Assembly: GCA_013265495.1 (NCBI GenBank)
Contig: MU058337.1
Coordinates: forward strand, 6,864,716-6,928,715
Source: Vicugna vicugna
Taxonomy: Eukaryota
Direction: 5' to 3'
Length of the DNA stretch: 64,000 bases
Part shown: piece after piece, positions 1-12,363 of the stretch
Position numbering within the stretch: position 1 is the stretch's first letter
Layout of the letters: the number at the start of each line of letters is the position of its first letter
The notes under the pieces: model-generated
Told to the model about the DNA's origin: nothing
The model's input: the letters and a program-made list of their open reading frames with translations, nothing else
The model's database searches: none
Made by a program: the position numbers and the translations under genes

Positions 1-260
1 TATAGGAACTCTTTGCCTAGCCCTGGATCTCAAAGACTTTCTTCTATGTTTTTTCTAAACTTGATATTTTTATGTTTTACATTCAAGTCTTTGATCCATT
101 TGAGTTAATTTTATGTAAGGTATGAGACTGGGATGGAGGTTCATTCCCCCTCATCTATGTCCAATCGCATCAGCACTATTTGTTGAAAAGTCTATCTTTC
201 CTCCATTGAATTGCTTTTGTACCTTTGTCAAAAGTCAGTTGGACATGTTTGTGTCAGTAT
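1..260 (-). mobile_element. L1 ORF2 fragment
   Basis: ttcaagtctttgatccatttgagttaatttt...cagcactatttgttgaaaag...cctttgtcaaaa parallels the antisense L1 ORF2 sequence at ~42740-42900 in this window. Confidence 0.85.
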
Positions 261-429
261 GTTGACACACATTGGAAAAGAATTTTACAATTCTTGTAGA
301 TTAAACATGAAATATTGACCTTATTAAATAAGGAGAAAATAAAACTCTTAATACTCCAATGCAATGAGGACTTTGATAACTGGCTATCGAATATTGTCAA
401 TTTGAAGACACTGACAAAAAAAAATTAAA

Positions 430-897
430 ATACTCTTAAGTCTTATAACTCATATATGAAACTTGTTTCCTCCAAATTTGATGAATCCAAGAAAGTAAAA
501 GAAATTATTAACAACTAGTTGTAAAATTGAAAGAAAATTATTCTAAGTTATCCATTTTAAAAAGTGTCAATTAAGGATGCTTAAGGATAGATATAATTTT
601 CTTCCTATACTCACTATAAAAAATAGTACAAAATCATTGTCTTTTAAAGAGATTATCAGAGTGTATGCAGACAAACATTGTAAGAAAAAAAGCATTTTAG
701 AAATGTATGAGGAAGGTAATTAGTTAGAAACATTGTTATTTTTCTGGATTTTGTGATGTTTGTAGTATTTGGTAGCTTTAAGAATTGTAATTTGTGTGAT
801 TTTTGTTATACTAAATATCCACTTTTGTAACCAAATTGATACTTATAATTTTGCATTCTTTTTCTCAAAGAGGGCCCCTTGAAATTCTATAAGCTTT
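430..897 (+). mobile_element. hAT-Tip100 DNA transposon fossil (Zaphod-like), transposase C-terminus and 3' end
   Basis: Degenerate hAT dimerisation-domain coding sequence (tagttgtaaaattgaaagaaaattattctaag, roughly SCEAERNFSK) followed by the recalled Zaphod end ttttctggattttgtgatgtttg...aaagagggcccc..aaattctataagcttt. Confidence 0.7.
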
Positions 898-909
898 ATA
901 TATATATAT

Positions 910-1645
910 TTGTATTTTTAATTGTGGTAAAATATACATCACATAAAATTTACCATCTTAACCATTTTTAAAAGTGTAAAGCAGTGGTATTAAGAACATT
1001 TACATTGTTGTATAATCTTCACGACCATTTCAACTCCAGAACTCTCATCATTCCACACTGAAACTCTATATGCATTAAACACTAACTCCCCTACCTCCCT
1101 CTACCCAGCCCTTGGCAACTACCATCCTACTTTCTGCCTCTATGTCTTTGACTACTCTACATATCTCATTAAGTGGAATTCTACAGTGTTTATCTTTTTA
1201 TGATTATCTTATTTCACTTAACATAATCTCCTCAGGGTTCATCCATGTTGTCGCATGTGTCAAAATTTCCTTCCTTTCTAAGGCTGAATGACGTTCCTAT
1301 AATGTATTTACCACACTCTGTTCATCCACTCAACCATCATTGGACACTTGAGTTGTTTTTATCTCTCAGCTATTGTAAATAATACTGCTATGAACATGGG
1401 TGTACAAATATCCCTTCCAAATCCTGCTTTCAATTCTTTTGGATATACACCTGGATGTGGAATTGCTGGATCCTATGGTAGTTCTCTTTTTAATTTTTTA
1501 AGGAATCACTGTACTCTCTTCCACAGTGTGGAAGTAGCTGTACTACTTCACCAACAGTGCACAACAGTTCTGATTTCTCCACATCACTGCCAACACTTGT
1601 TATTTTGTTTTTTGGATAATAGCTATACTAATGGATATGATTTTT
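910..1645 (-). mobile_element. L1 (L1MA/MB-like) 3' end
   Basis: Typical antisense L1 3' UTR and ORF2 tail (ttgtggtaaaatatac...gctattgtaaataatactgctatgaacatgggtgtac...). Confidence 0.88.
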
Positions 1646-1694
1646 AATACATTTTTATGTTGTTATATTTAAAAAATTTTAATACATTAAAAAA

Positions 1695-2081
1695 TTTGAT
1701 GTATAGTTGATTTACAATGTTGTGTTAGTTTCTGGTGTACAGCATAGTGATTCAATTATATATATATATATACTTTTTCATTATAGGTTATTACAAGCTA
1801 TTGAATACAGTTCCCTGTGCTATACAGTAGGACTCTGCTGTTCATCTATTCTGTATACAGTAGTTTGTATCTGCTAATCCCAAACTCCCAATTTAACCCT
1901 CCTCCCCTCCTTCCCTTTTGGTAATCATTGTTTGTTTTCTACTTCTGTGAGTCTCTTTCTGTTTTGTAAATAAGTTCATTTGTGTCATGTTTTAGATTCC
2001 ACATATTAGAGATATCATATGGTATTTGACTTTCTCTTTCTGACTTACTTCACTTAGTATGATCATCTCTAGGTCCATCCC
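1695..2081 (-). mobile_element. Artiodactyl-type L1 3' end, 5'-truncated
   Basis: gtatagttgatttacaatgttgtgttagtttctggtgtacagc...ttccctgtgctatacagtagg; same family as the copies at 5.3, 41.5, 45.2 and 46.7 kb. Confidence 0.88.
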
Positions 2082-5000
2082 CTTAATATATTTTTAAGTC
2101 CTGGCTGGGATTTGGTTTTGCTGGGCAAGTTTTAACCCAGCATTGCTGTATCAGTTCTCCTCTTTATGACCATGTCTCTGGCTTAGCCTTTGAGTATTGC
2201 TGCTCAGTGCCTCTGTAGAGTACTGGTTTCTCCTTTTCCCTCTTTTGAAGTCCTTGATATTAGTTTATTCAAACTTGCTTTTGGGTGATATCACAGATCC
2301 CAGCTTCATGGGTTTATTGTTTATTTCTGTTTTAGTGTTTACTGTATGTACATACATTTCTATCCCATTAGTCAAGAGGATCTATTCTGCATACTTGTTC
2401 ATTCTACCACCTGTTGGAAAATTTTAAGGTTGGTCTATATCATTCCCATATATACTCAATGGTGACGCTCTTTCTATGCCTGGTAATGTTAAAGCTGGTA
2501 CAGCTGGTGCTGCAGGACCTGTTGCTAAAACACTGAACTATGTCCTTATTGGCTGATAAATAGCTGCTACCTTGGAAATCTGAGCACCTCCCTGTCACCT
2601 TGGGATCATCTAAAGGGTGAAAGGCTGATGGTAAAGGTGGCCTCCAGGCCTGTGCTTAGAAAGCCTCACATTTTCTTTTGCTCTGCAGATTATGTAGGCA
2701 GTCCTGAACAGATTATGTAGATTACAGCAAATTACGTAGACAGGCCTCAAAAGAATTATTGTCCTTTAGACATTGGAGTTTTTTTCTCAAATGGAAAGGG
2801 GATTCTGCCTTAATGTTCCCTCCAGGTACAATGTAGGGGATGCCATGCCAGTCCTCTGTGCTAGCCACAGATTCCCTTTGGCCCTGATCCTCTGCCGTTT
2901 ATCCTGGGTAACATTCTTCAGGAGCCCAAGCCTGGAAAAATGCATTTCGAGATCAACATTTTTCTGCTATAAGAAGTTTTACATTTTTAAGAGGCATAAT
3001 CCTTTTCTAAGCTCAATTTTTACCCCTGATTCTCATTTCTTTCATCATCAAATATATTCTCCATCTGTTTAAACTCTATATTTTTATTCCTTTTACTATA
3101 TTTTTTGGAAAAATTATGTAACTTTTGCTAACTAAATCTTTTCCAAAGGAAACTGGCTTTGGGATCCTATTTCAACCAGTCAGTTTTAACTAGGTAGGTA
3201 TTTTAAAATCATGCGGAATTCCTGCCTAATTTCGGCTGTATTGGCTCATTGAAAAGCCTTACCTATAGTGGAAACAACTGGGGAGAAAACTCTAGTTACT
3301 TCCTCAGCTACCTTCTTGATACACAAGTCCTATTTTAGCATGTTTGGAGAGATACGAAATTACCCCAGAATACATCTCTCTTTGTGTTCCTACACTTCAT
3401 CTGTGACATGAACTTTAACTCACTTATCTTGCAGGAATATTGTGGGAATTCATTTGATAAGGTCAGAATGGTTTCAACAACTTTTAAACCAAACTATTAT
3501 GAGTACACATTTACTGTGATTATGGACGGTCATTATTTGATTATATCCAGTATAGCAATAACAGGTTTTGGAGATTCAATGATATTAAAGATAATTTTCT
3601 CTCAGCATCAGTTGCCAAGTCTCTTTTATTAAACGGTGACATGACAATCTCAGGCTCTGTAATATAAACTGCTACAAGGAATATTAATGAAATCCTGGAC
3701 TGCATATTACAGACCAAAAAATGAAATGAAAAATATCGTTTGCTTTTTTGGTGGCAGTTAATCTTTGTAGATTATGAATGATGTTCACAAATTAGAGCAA
3801 AACTGTTGATGATGAGCAGTTTTAAAACAGAGGGAAAATCTGAGGCTAATTCAAAGAGAAAAAGAGAGAGAACTTCATGATGAAAATGTCTCCTTAGCTT
3901 TGGGGATGGTAGTTTCATCTCCCAACCTGGACCTTGTCTGGGTGCTTAGTACACAAACAATCTTTATAAATTAATGGAATCATTTTACTAATAATTTCTC
4001 ACATTTTGTTTGTATATCACAGCTTAACTATCCCTTCACCTTAATGATAAGTTTTCATTTGTTCAGAAGGGGTGTTGATGCAGCTGGATTTTTTTTCTCT
4101 GCTTGCTGAATGGCAGGAGTATTAAGATTATGGTGTCAAGTCAAATGAGGAAAAGGTGCTGGTTGACACTTGGATTTGCCTGCAGTTCTGCAGAGAGAAG
4201 AGCAGATTAGGACATCTGCTGGGTTATGATAGCTCAGTAACGGCTTTACTTCTATACCCTCGTGATGCAGCATGATGAGGGACGAATCTGTGAGTTGAGA
4301 ATTTTATAAAGAGAGAAACTGCAGTAGGTGCCAGAGCTGTCATTGGGTTGAGTGTTACGTAAGCTCGTGTTAAATAAAATACTTTATTATAAATGTGGCT
4401 TAAAATATTAAAAATACAAGTCGTAAGATTAAAACACTTGGTCACATTTTCTTTTGGAGTAACACCCCCCGCACATCCCATAGTGACTGAGGTCACTACA
4501 CAATGGGCTCGATGTAAATATTTCATTGCAAATGGACGTTGTTTGGACATTTTGACAAATAATGACGCTAGTAATCAGACTGGACTGTGCGAATTTCTTT
4601 CCCTCATCTCCTATGTAAAATATCTATTTTTCCATTCAATATATAAGAACTCCTTTTTGCCCTTTCTCTCTTCCATCTTCCTTAGTGTTTTCATATGTTT
4701 TATCCTTTGCTTTCTTAGACAGAACTGGCCCAAACTCACAACCCTGTCTTCAAAGAACTAGGACACCTTGTGTTTCATTGAATGCTGGTATGTGAGAAGC
4801 TGTGAATGAAGGGGCAACCTGCCACTTGGATACTTACTGGTGTTTCCAGGTCCCCCCGCACGTGAGATTTCCTCACCAGAGAACCCAACTCCAGAAGTTC
4901 AGAAATGAGACAAGTCCATTCTAGTGAATTCTTCTTTACTGTCCACCACTTCTGGTAACATGGGTTACAGTAAATTTGGAAGAGCTTATAATGAACTATG

Positions 5001-5276
5001 ACTCTCCTTTTCTTCTAAGTTCATTTGCCTGTCCAAACCTGGCAATGTTTTATTTCTGGAGAGGAGAGGAAATTCTAAGGGCTTAAAAAGAAGATCTCTA
5101 TTTCTCTGGAAGCATCAGGATTAGCCCCCAATATTTAGACAGGGTAGAAGAGCCCTGAGCCTAGTCTGGAATAATTTCTTTATTTATTAGTTTATTATGG
5201 AGAGGAAGGATGGGATCTGGGACTCTCATCACAATCTTAGGGCAATGAATAGTTAAACTTTGGAAAAACCATATTT

Positions 5277-5957
5277 GTTTAAAAAATTGTTTTAGTCGAT
5301 TTACAATGTTGTATTAATTTCTGGTATACAGCAAAGGGATTCACACATTTATATATTCCTCTTCATAGTCTTTTTCATATGGACCCTTATAAGGTATTGA
5401 ACATAGTTCCCTGTGCTATACAGTAGGACCTTGTTGTTTATCTGTTTTATATATAATATTTAGTATCTGCAAAACCTGAATTCCCAATTTATCCCTTCCA
5501 GCTTTCTTCCTCCAACCTGGTATCCATAAGTTTGTTTTCTATGTCTGTGAGTCTGATTCTGTTTTGTAAATATGTTCATTTGTGTCCTTTTTTTTTTTTT
5601 TAGTTTCTACATATAAGTGATATCATATGGTATTTTTCTTTCTCTTTCTGGCTTATTTCACTTAGTAGGACAATTTCCAGGTCCATCCATGGTGCTGCAA
5701 ATGGAATTATTTTATTCTTTTTATGGCTAAGTAATATTCCATTGTTTATATATGCCACAACTTCTTTATTCCATCATCTGTTGATGGACATTTAGGTTGC
5801 TTCCATGTCTTGGCTATTGTAACTAGTGCTGCTATGAACATTGAGGGTCATGCATTTTTCTGAATTAGAGTTCCCTCCAGATACATGCCCAGGAGTGGGA
5901 TTGCTGAAATCATAGGGTAAGTCTATTTTCAGTTTTTTAATGACTCTCCATACTGTT
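5277..5957 (-). mobile_element. Artiodactyl-type L1 3' end with degenerate TSD
   Basis: Same L1 tail; flanked by tggaaaaaccatattt (5261-5276) and tggaaaacctatattt (5958-5973). Confidence 0.9.
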
Positions 5958-6649
5958 TGGAAAACCTATATTTTGATACACTATTCTGTAAAGAGTGTTA
6001 CAGAGTATTTTAGGGATTTAGAGGCAAGTCAAACGATATTTATCTCTTGAAAGGACCTCTGCTATTCAAAAAAATGCAATTTGTATTCCTTTTCCTAGAA
6101 AAATAGTGGCAAACTATTGGTGCTGTCCTTTAAAGAAAGGTGGATAGAATGAATATGGCTGGTAACAAATGCTAATTTAAAAATTGGTATCATTTTTATC
6201 AGCTAATTAAATGTGATACTCTCCTCCTAATTTATTATTAGTCATGTAGCAAAGCAACTATTTCCTATAAAAAGGATAGTTCAAACCTGAAATGATGCTG
6301 TATGCTATAGTCTAATACAGTTGGATTATAAATATTAACTATTATAAGAAATGTAACAGACAACTGGATATGATATAGTGACTTCATATTTGAAAGGGTA
6401 TTGAATGATATCCTTTTAAGTGTTCTTTTATTTTTTTTTATATTTTGCTGACATCCCCTTTCAGCATATACTAAGACATTTCATAATCTTTTTAAAAAAT
6501 ATATTTTAGAATATTTTGAACTTTTTATAAGCACTTGGCTGTTATCTAGAGAGTTTTAAAGTATAGTGTGAATGTAAAGCCTCAGGAAAATATATATTTG
6601 ATAATTTGGGGGAAATATTCTTCTTTCTGAAAATTCCAGAACAGCCCAT

Positions 6650-7480
6650 CTCTTTACATATTTTGAGGCAGATACTGTTTGATGCACAGAATTTAATTTA
6701 GAATTGTTATATCCTCCTGGGGAATTTAAGTTTTGAACTTTTCTTTTTTTGTTGTTACTGTTTAGTAAATCTCTTTAACTCTGCAATGCTTTTTGTCCTA
6801 AATCTCTTTACTTTGATAATAATATAGCTATGCTAAGCTTTATTGGTTAGTATTTGCCTAGTATAAATTTTTTCTATCCTTCTATATTTCACCTTCCTTT
6901 TTCTTTATGATTTAGGTACAACTCTTATAAACAGCACATATATGTTTTTGTTTCTTTATTCATATTGTCAATCTGGGTCTTTTACTGGGAGTATGTCATT
7001 TATGATTATTATTGTTACTAATATAGTGGGATTTCTTTTTACCAGTTAATTTAATTTTTCCATTTGTTGTACTTTTCCTGTTTTTTTACTCCATCTGTTT
7101 TCTTACTTCCTTTTCTACTGAATCTTCTAAAAAATATTTTATTCTTTCACATTACTAGTTGGAAGATAAACACTCTATTTATAGACTATGAACACCCTAG
7201 ACAGTTACATTTAACAAATTCTAAAATTAATCAATATCTTCCTCATGAACAATATAAGAACCTGCAAACATCATCCTGTCTAAAACTATCCTGCTTTCTA
7301 TACAGTTGTTCAGTATTTGTGGTTGATTTAAGCTCTAGAAGCTAGGCATCACTATTTTTGTTTGATATAGTCAATATTTATTTAGATATGCTTACATATT
7401 TATTAGTTTATTTGTTCACTATTCTGTCTCCTGTCCCAGATCTTTCATTGGAGTAACTTTCTTCTTGCCCAAAATAAATT
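6650..7480 (-). mobile_element. Ancient L1 (L1ME-like) fragment
   Basis: T-rich antisense L1-like motifs (ttgataataatatagctatgc..gctttattggttagtatttgcc; tcttataaacagcac). Confidence 0.55.
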
Positions 7481-7489
7481 CTCTTTTTC

Positions 7490-8398
7490 TTGGATTGAGG
7501 TATAATTCACATACCATAATACTCACTCCTTAATTCCATTCAGTGGTTTTCGTATATTCACAAAGTTGTGCAGTGATTCACCACTAATTTCAGAACTTTT
7601 TTTTTTGTCCCAATAAGAAACCCCACACCCATTAGTAGTTCCCACCCCATGTTGCCTTTCCCCCCAGCCTCTGGCAACCCCAAATCTACTTATTTTGGAC
7701 TTTTCATATAAATAGGATCACACTGTATTTGACCTTTTATGTCTGGCTGCTTTCACTCAGCATGTTTTCAAGGTTCACACCTGTTGTGGTAGAAATCAGT
7801 TCTACCTCCCTTTTTATAGCTGAGTAATATTTCATTGGTGTGGATATATCACATTTTGCAAATCCATTCATTAACGGATGGACATTTAAGTTGTTTGCAT
7901 GCTTAGGCTATTGTGAATAATGCTGCTATAAACATTTATGTACAACTTTTTGTCTGGATATATGTTTTCAATTCTTTTTGGTATGTACCTGGGAGTGGAA
8001 TTCCTGGGTCATATGGTACTTCTGTCTTTAACTTCTTGAAGAACTGCCAAACTATTTTCCAAAGTGGCTGCTCCATTTTACAGTTCTACCAGCAGTGTAA
8101 GAGGATCCCAATTTCTCCATATCTTTGCCAACATTAATTATCTGCATTTTTGATTATAGTCATCCTAGTGGGTGTGAAGTGGTACCTCCTTGTGGTTTTG
8201 ATTTGCAATTTCCTCATTGCTAATGATGTTGAACATCTTTTCATGGCTTCTTGACTGTTTGTATACCTTTGGAGAAATGTCTACTCAGATCATTTGTCCA
8301 TTTTTTAATTGGGTTATTTGTTGAGGTGTAAGGTTTTTTTTAATATATATATATATATATTATATATATATATATATATATTCTGGATACTAGCCTCT
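7490..8398 (-). mobile_element. L1 (L1MB-like) 3' end with embedded (TA)n at ~8343-8380
   Basis: attgaggtataattcacataccata...ggctattgtgaataatgctgctataaac...ttggagaaatgtcta...ttctggatactag. Confidence 0.88.
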
Positions 8399-8540
8399 AA
8401 TAATCAGGACAGAGTGGTATCGGCAGAAGTATAGACAAATAGATCAATGGAATAGAGTAGACAGCCCAGAAATAGACTCCCATAAACATAGTCAGCTGAT
8501 CTTTGACAAAGGAGCAAAGGCAATACAGTGAGGTAAAGAT
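8399..8540 (+). mobile_element. L1 ORF2 fragment in the opposite orientation
   Basis: Reads ...IDQWNRVDSPEIDSHKHSQLIFDKGAKAIQ, a conserved L1 ORF2 segment. Confidence 0.88.
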
Positions 8541-8629
8541 TATCCAGAGCCAGTAGGAACCAGTAGCATCCCACTGTTATATGGGTAACTATCCACTCTT
8601 CTCTTACCTACCTATCCAGCTATCTGTTT

Positions 8630-10050
8630 AATCCATTTGTATTAAAACCCATGAGTTCATACTGTACCTCCAAATACAACCCCAAAACACAGGGTTTATT
8701 CTAGACTATATCCTTTCCATATCTGTAACTTCCTTCCCTAACAGTGAAAAACCTGGTTCCCATGATCAGGAATATATTACTTATTTGTTCACTCCTGGAA
8801 ACACAGAAAGTCATCTCAGAATTGCTAACTGATACATCTGCCAAAAAAAAAAAAGAGTCTACTTACAAGAGTTCAATATTTTTTTGAAGTTCTTTTTATC
8901 TTTAACCTAATGATATATAGTTTAAATACTGTATTTGAAGGTTACTGGGGTTAGTTTCATTTTATGCCCTTCAGTATGGTTATATTACTCATCTGAAGCA
9001 GAGTTCTGTCCATTTGTTTCTGGTGTATTTGATTTTAGGGTTTTTCTCCATTCTTGTTGATTTTATTTGTCGATAAATTTGGGGGAGGTAATTAGGTTTG
9101 TTTGTTTGTTTATTTATTTATTTATTTTAATGGAGGTACTGGGGATTGAACCCAGGATCTCATGCATGCTAAGCACATACTTTACCAATTGAGTATACCC
9201 TCCCCTCCGCAATATTTTTTTTAAAATATGTGAAACAGTAACATCAAAACGTCAGAATTATACAAAAAAGTATATTCAGAATAGTGTCCTTTATCCCCTG
9301 TTTTCCCAATTCTTCTCTCCTTTCTACCTTATTTTCCTTGAAGGTAACCAAACTTATTGATCTGTTTTATTCTTCCTGCATTTTTTTTTGAACAAACAAG
9401 CAGATACTAGTATACTTTCTTATTTTCCCTTATTTCTTACACAAAGGCAGCATACTTTAGATACTCTTTTTGCTTTTTTTTAAACAATATACCTTGAAAA
9501 ATCACTTCACATTAGTTAACTGATATTTTTCTCACTCATTTTTACAGTTGAATAACATCTCATTGTGTGTACGTATCACATTTTCTCAGTCTCCAATACT
9601 GTCATTTTTAAAAACTTTACTATTACAAGTAATGCTGCAATGAATACCCTTGTGTGTAGCATTTTTTTATTGTCTGAGGTGTATTTTCAAGGTAAATTGC
9701 TAGTATTGGACCTACCGGTGCAAAACATAAATGCACAGATAGTTTTGTTATATATTGCCAAATTCCTCTCCATCATGGTTGCATCATTCTGTATTTCTAT
9801 CAGCCATGTGTGCGAGTGCTTATTTCTCCACAGCCTTTCCAATAATGTTATGCTTTATAATACTTCCCAGTCTGATTGATGAGCAATTATATATCAGTGT
9901 AGCTTTAATTAGCACTTATTTTATTATAAATGGGGCTAAACATCTTTTTCATATATTTACCTGTCATTTTCTATCTTTTCTGTGAACTTTTTGGTTACCA
10001 GTTTTGTCTGTTTTTCTATTGAGTGTTTGGTCTTCTTTCCCCTTAAAATT
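8630..10050 (-). mobile_element. Ancient L1 (L1MC/ME-like) 3' fragments, interrupted by a SINE
   Basis: Degenerate antisense L1 3' motifs (aaacccatgagttcatactg; ctattacaagtaatgctgcaatgaatac; ttttctgtgaac). Confidence 0.55.
9081..9205 (-). mobile_element. tRNA-derived camelid SINE (vic-1 type)
   Basis: Reverse complement is GGGGAGGGTATACTCAATTGGTAAAG...CCTGGGTTCAATCCCCAGTACCTCC, then an A-rich (TAAA/CAAA)n stretch and CCTAATTACCTCCCCC. It has Pol III A/B boxes, and a second copy sits at 23 kb. Confidence 0.9.
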
Positions 10051-10149
10051 TAAGTCAGATGGAGAATTTGTAAAGGCCTGCAGTTTGCCAGATTGCTGGA
10101 ACTGGAAGTCTAAATGCTTGTGAGGCCATTCAGAAAATAGGGTTTTTGC

Positions 10150-10313
10150 ATCAGTAGCACGTGCTTGAGCAAGTTTGACATCAGTGGGGAGTTTGTTAGA
10201 ACTATTGATTTGGGCACCACACCAGAACTTCTGAATCAGAATCTGCATTTTAACAAGGTCCCCCCCACCCCGCCCCAGGTGATTTATATGCATAATAAAG
10301 CTTGAGAAGCTCT
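10150..10313. mobile_element. MER5A-like hAT-Charlie MITE
   Basis: ctgaatcagaatctgcattttaacaagg...aggtgatttatatgcataataaagcttgagaagctctg. Confidence 0.8.
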
Positions 10314-10619
10314 GGTCTCAAAGATCTCTTAAAGACCTCTCATTTCTTCTCTGCTAGGAATCTCTCCAGAATAAGGTAAAAGTGAAAGACGGAGTTATAT
10401 TTCTCCAGTACCATTAACCCTAAGGGGTATCTGTAAACTTATTAATTTGTTAGATTAATTGCATACCTTTCCCCAGAGGCTCTTCCTTCAAGGGTTTGTG
10501 TCTTCTATTTATGTTACTTAGTGGAATTTTAAAATGCTGGCTTTCTAAAATTAATCAACCAATGTTTTTAGAAAACAACCATTATAAGAAACATTTAGAC
10601 AATGAAGCACACTATGATA

Positions 10620-10817
10620 GTTCTTCAAAAAATTAAACATAAAATTACCATGTGATCCAGCAACTCCACTTCTAAGTATATATCCAAAACAATTGGGAAC
10701 AGAGATGTAACAGATATTTGCACAAGCATCTTCATAACAGCATTACTTATCATAGTCAAAAGGTGGGAACAACTCATTTGTCCACTGATGGATAGACTGA
10801 TAAAAAAAAGTGAGATA

Positions 10818-10850
<33 letters not shown>

Positions 10851-11203
10851 GCATATACCCATACAATGGAATATTGTTCAGCCTTAAAAAAGGAGAAAAT
10901 ACTGACACAGGCTAAGTGAAATAAGCTAGACACAAAAGGGTAGATATTGTATGATTCCACTTATATGAAGTACTTAGAGTAGTCAAATTCATAGAGACAG
11001 AAAGTAGAATGGTGTTTGCCAGATACTGAGGGTCAGGGGAATGAGGAGGTACAGAGTTGCAGTTTGGGATGAGAAAGTCCTGGAGATGGATGGTGGTGAT
11101 GGTTATACACCAATATGGATATACTTAATGCCACTGAATGTACACTTAAAATTGGTTAAAATAGTAAACTTTACATTATGTATATTTTACCAAAATTAAA
11201 AAA
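10620..11203 (+). mobile_element. L1 (L1MB-like) 3' end with (TA)n at ~10815-10850
   Basis: aaattaccatgtgatccagcaactccacttc...catagagacagaaagtagaatggtg...atggtggtgatggtt...tatattttacc plus an A tail. Confidence 0.9.
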
Positions 11204-11976
11204 CCCAAATTCTTTTCACCATTAGATTGTAAGAAACTTCAGAATTTTATTATCATAAATTTTGACCCCTAGTAATAATGCCTTGTATACAACAGAGTTC
11301 AACCTATATTTTATATAAAGGGTTCAACTTTCACAGAAAAAAAATGAAGTACAAAACTAAAAGATGCTTATTTTAAAAAATTCAATTATGCAAAATAAGA
11401 AAAAGAAAGCTCCCTCTGCACTTCCCTGGATGCTACAAACCACAGGACTGACTGCTCTTTACAGGTTACTTTTTATTTATGCTAAAAACAGATGCACTCT
11501 TTCAGGATACACCTGGAAGAAATTTTAAACTAATTGTGTGTCATTAAGACCCATACAAATCCAAAAGCAAACCTAACAAGGAAATAATTCAGTAAGAGGT
11601 TATCATTAAAATATGGGTAATACTCCAATTATAAATATTTGGGTGTTGTACAATCATTTATATGCAGATTTTCAAAACTGGCTGAAATTATTTAATCTCC
11701 ACTATGTAGTAGTATCATCCTCAACAGAGAGGAAAGCTTTCTTTGGTTTTGGTAAAACAGACGGGGTTACTCTATCAGGCTAAAGCAGATGGATGTACCT
11801 TCCACTACACATTCCACATCATCCCTCCCTCCCCATTCCATGCAGCATCCTCACCTGGAGCTGATGCTCCTCCTTCAGTAAAGGTGTGGCTGCCTCTTCC
11901 CCAGGAGCTGATGCAGTAAGAACTCACACAATTCTAGGCCCACTCTGGTGGGGATGAAAAAAAAGTCTTTGGTAAG

Positions 11977-12363
11977 TGTATTAGTCTCTGAGGACTGCTG
12001 TACCACAACAAAGTACCACAAACTGGGTGGCTTAGACCAAGGGAATTTATTCTCTCACAGTTCTGGAGGCTAGACACCCGAAATTAAGGAGCCTGCAGGG
12101 CAATGCTCTCTCAAAAGCTCAAGGGAAGAATCCTTCTTTGTCTCACCCCGCTTGGTGTTCCTTGGCTTGCAGCTGTATCCCTCCAGTCTCTGCCTTTGTC
12201 ATCACAGGCCTTCTGTGTGTGTGTCTCTTTTCATAAGGTCCAGTATGACCTCAAATAACTTGATGACATCTGCAAAGACCCTATTTACAGATAAAGTCAC
12301 GTTCACAGGTCCTGGGGTAAGGACTTTAATGTCTTTTAAGGGGACATGATTCAACCCATAACA
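11977..12363 (-). mobile_element. MLT1 (ERVL-MaLR) solo LTR with perfect 5-bp TSD GTAAG
   Basis: TG...CA termini and MLT1 motifs (gtaccacaaactgggtggctt, attcaacccataaca). GTAAG lies at 11972-11976 and 12364-12368. Confidence 0.93.

Noticed and set aside
9130..9205. tRNA-like sequences (also ~23045-23118)
   Set aside because: These are SINE heads followed by SINE tails, with substitutions in the A box and stems; not functional tRNA genes.
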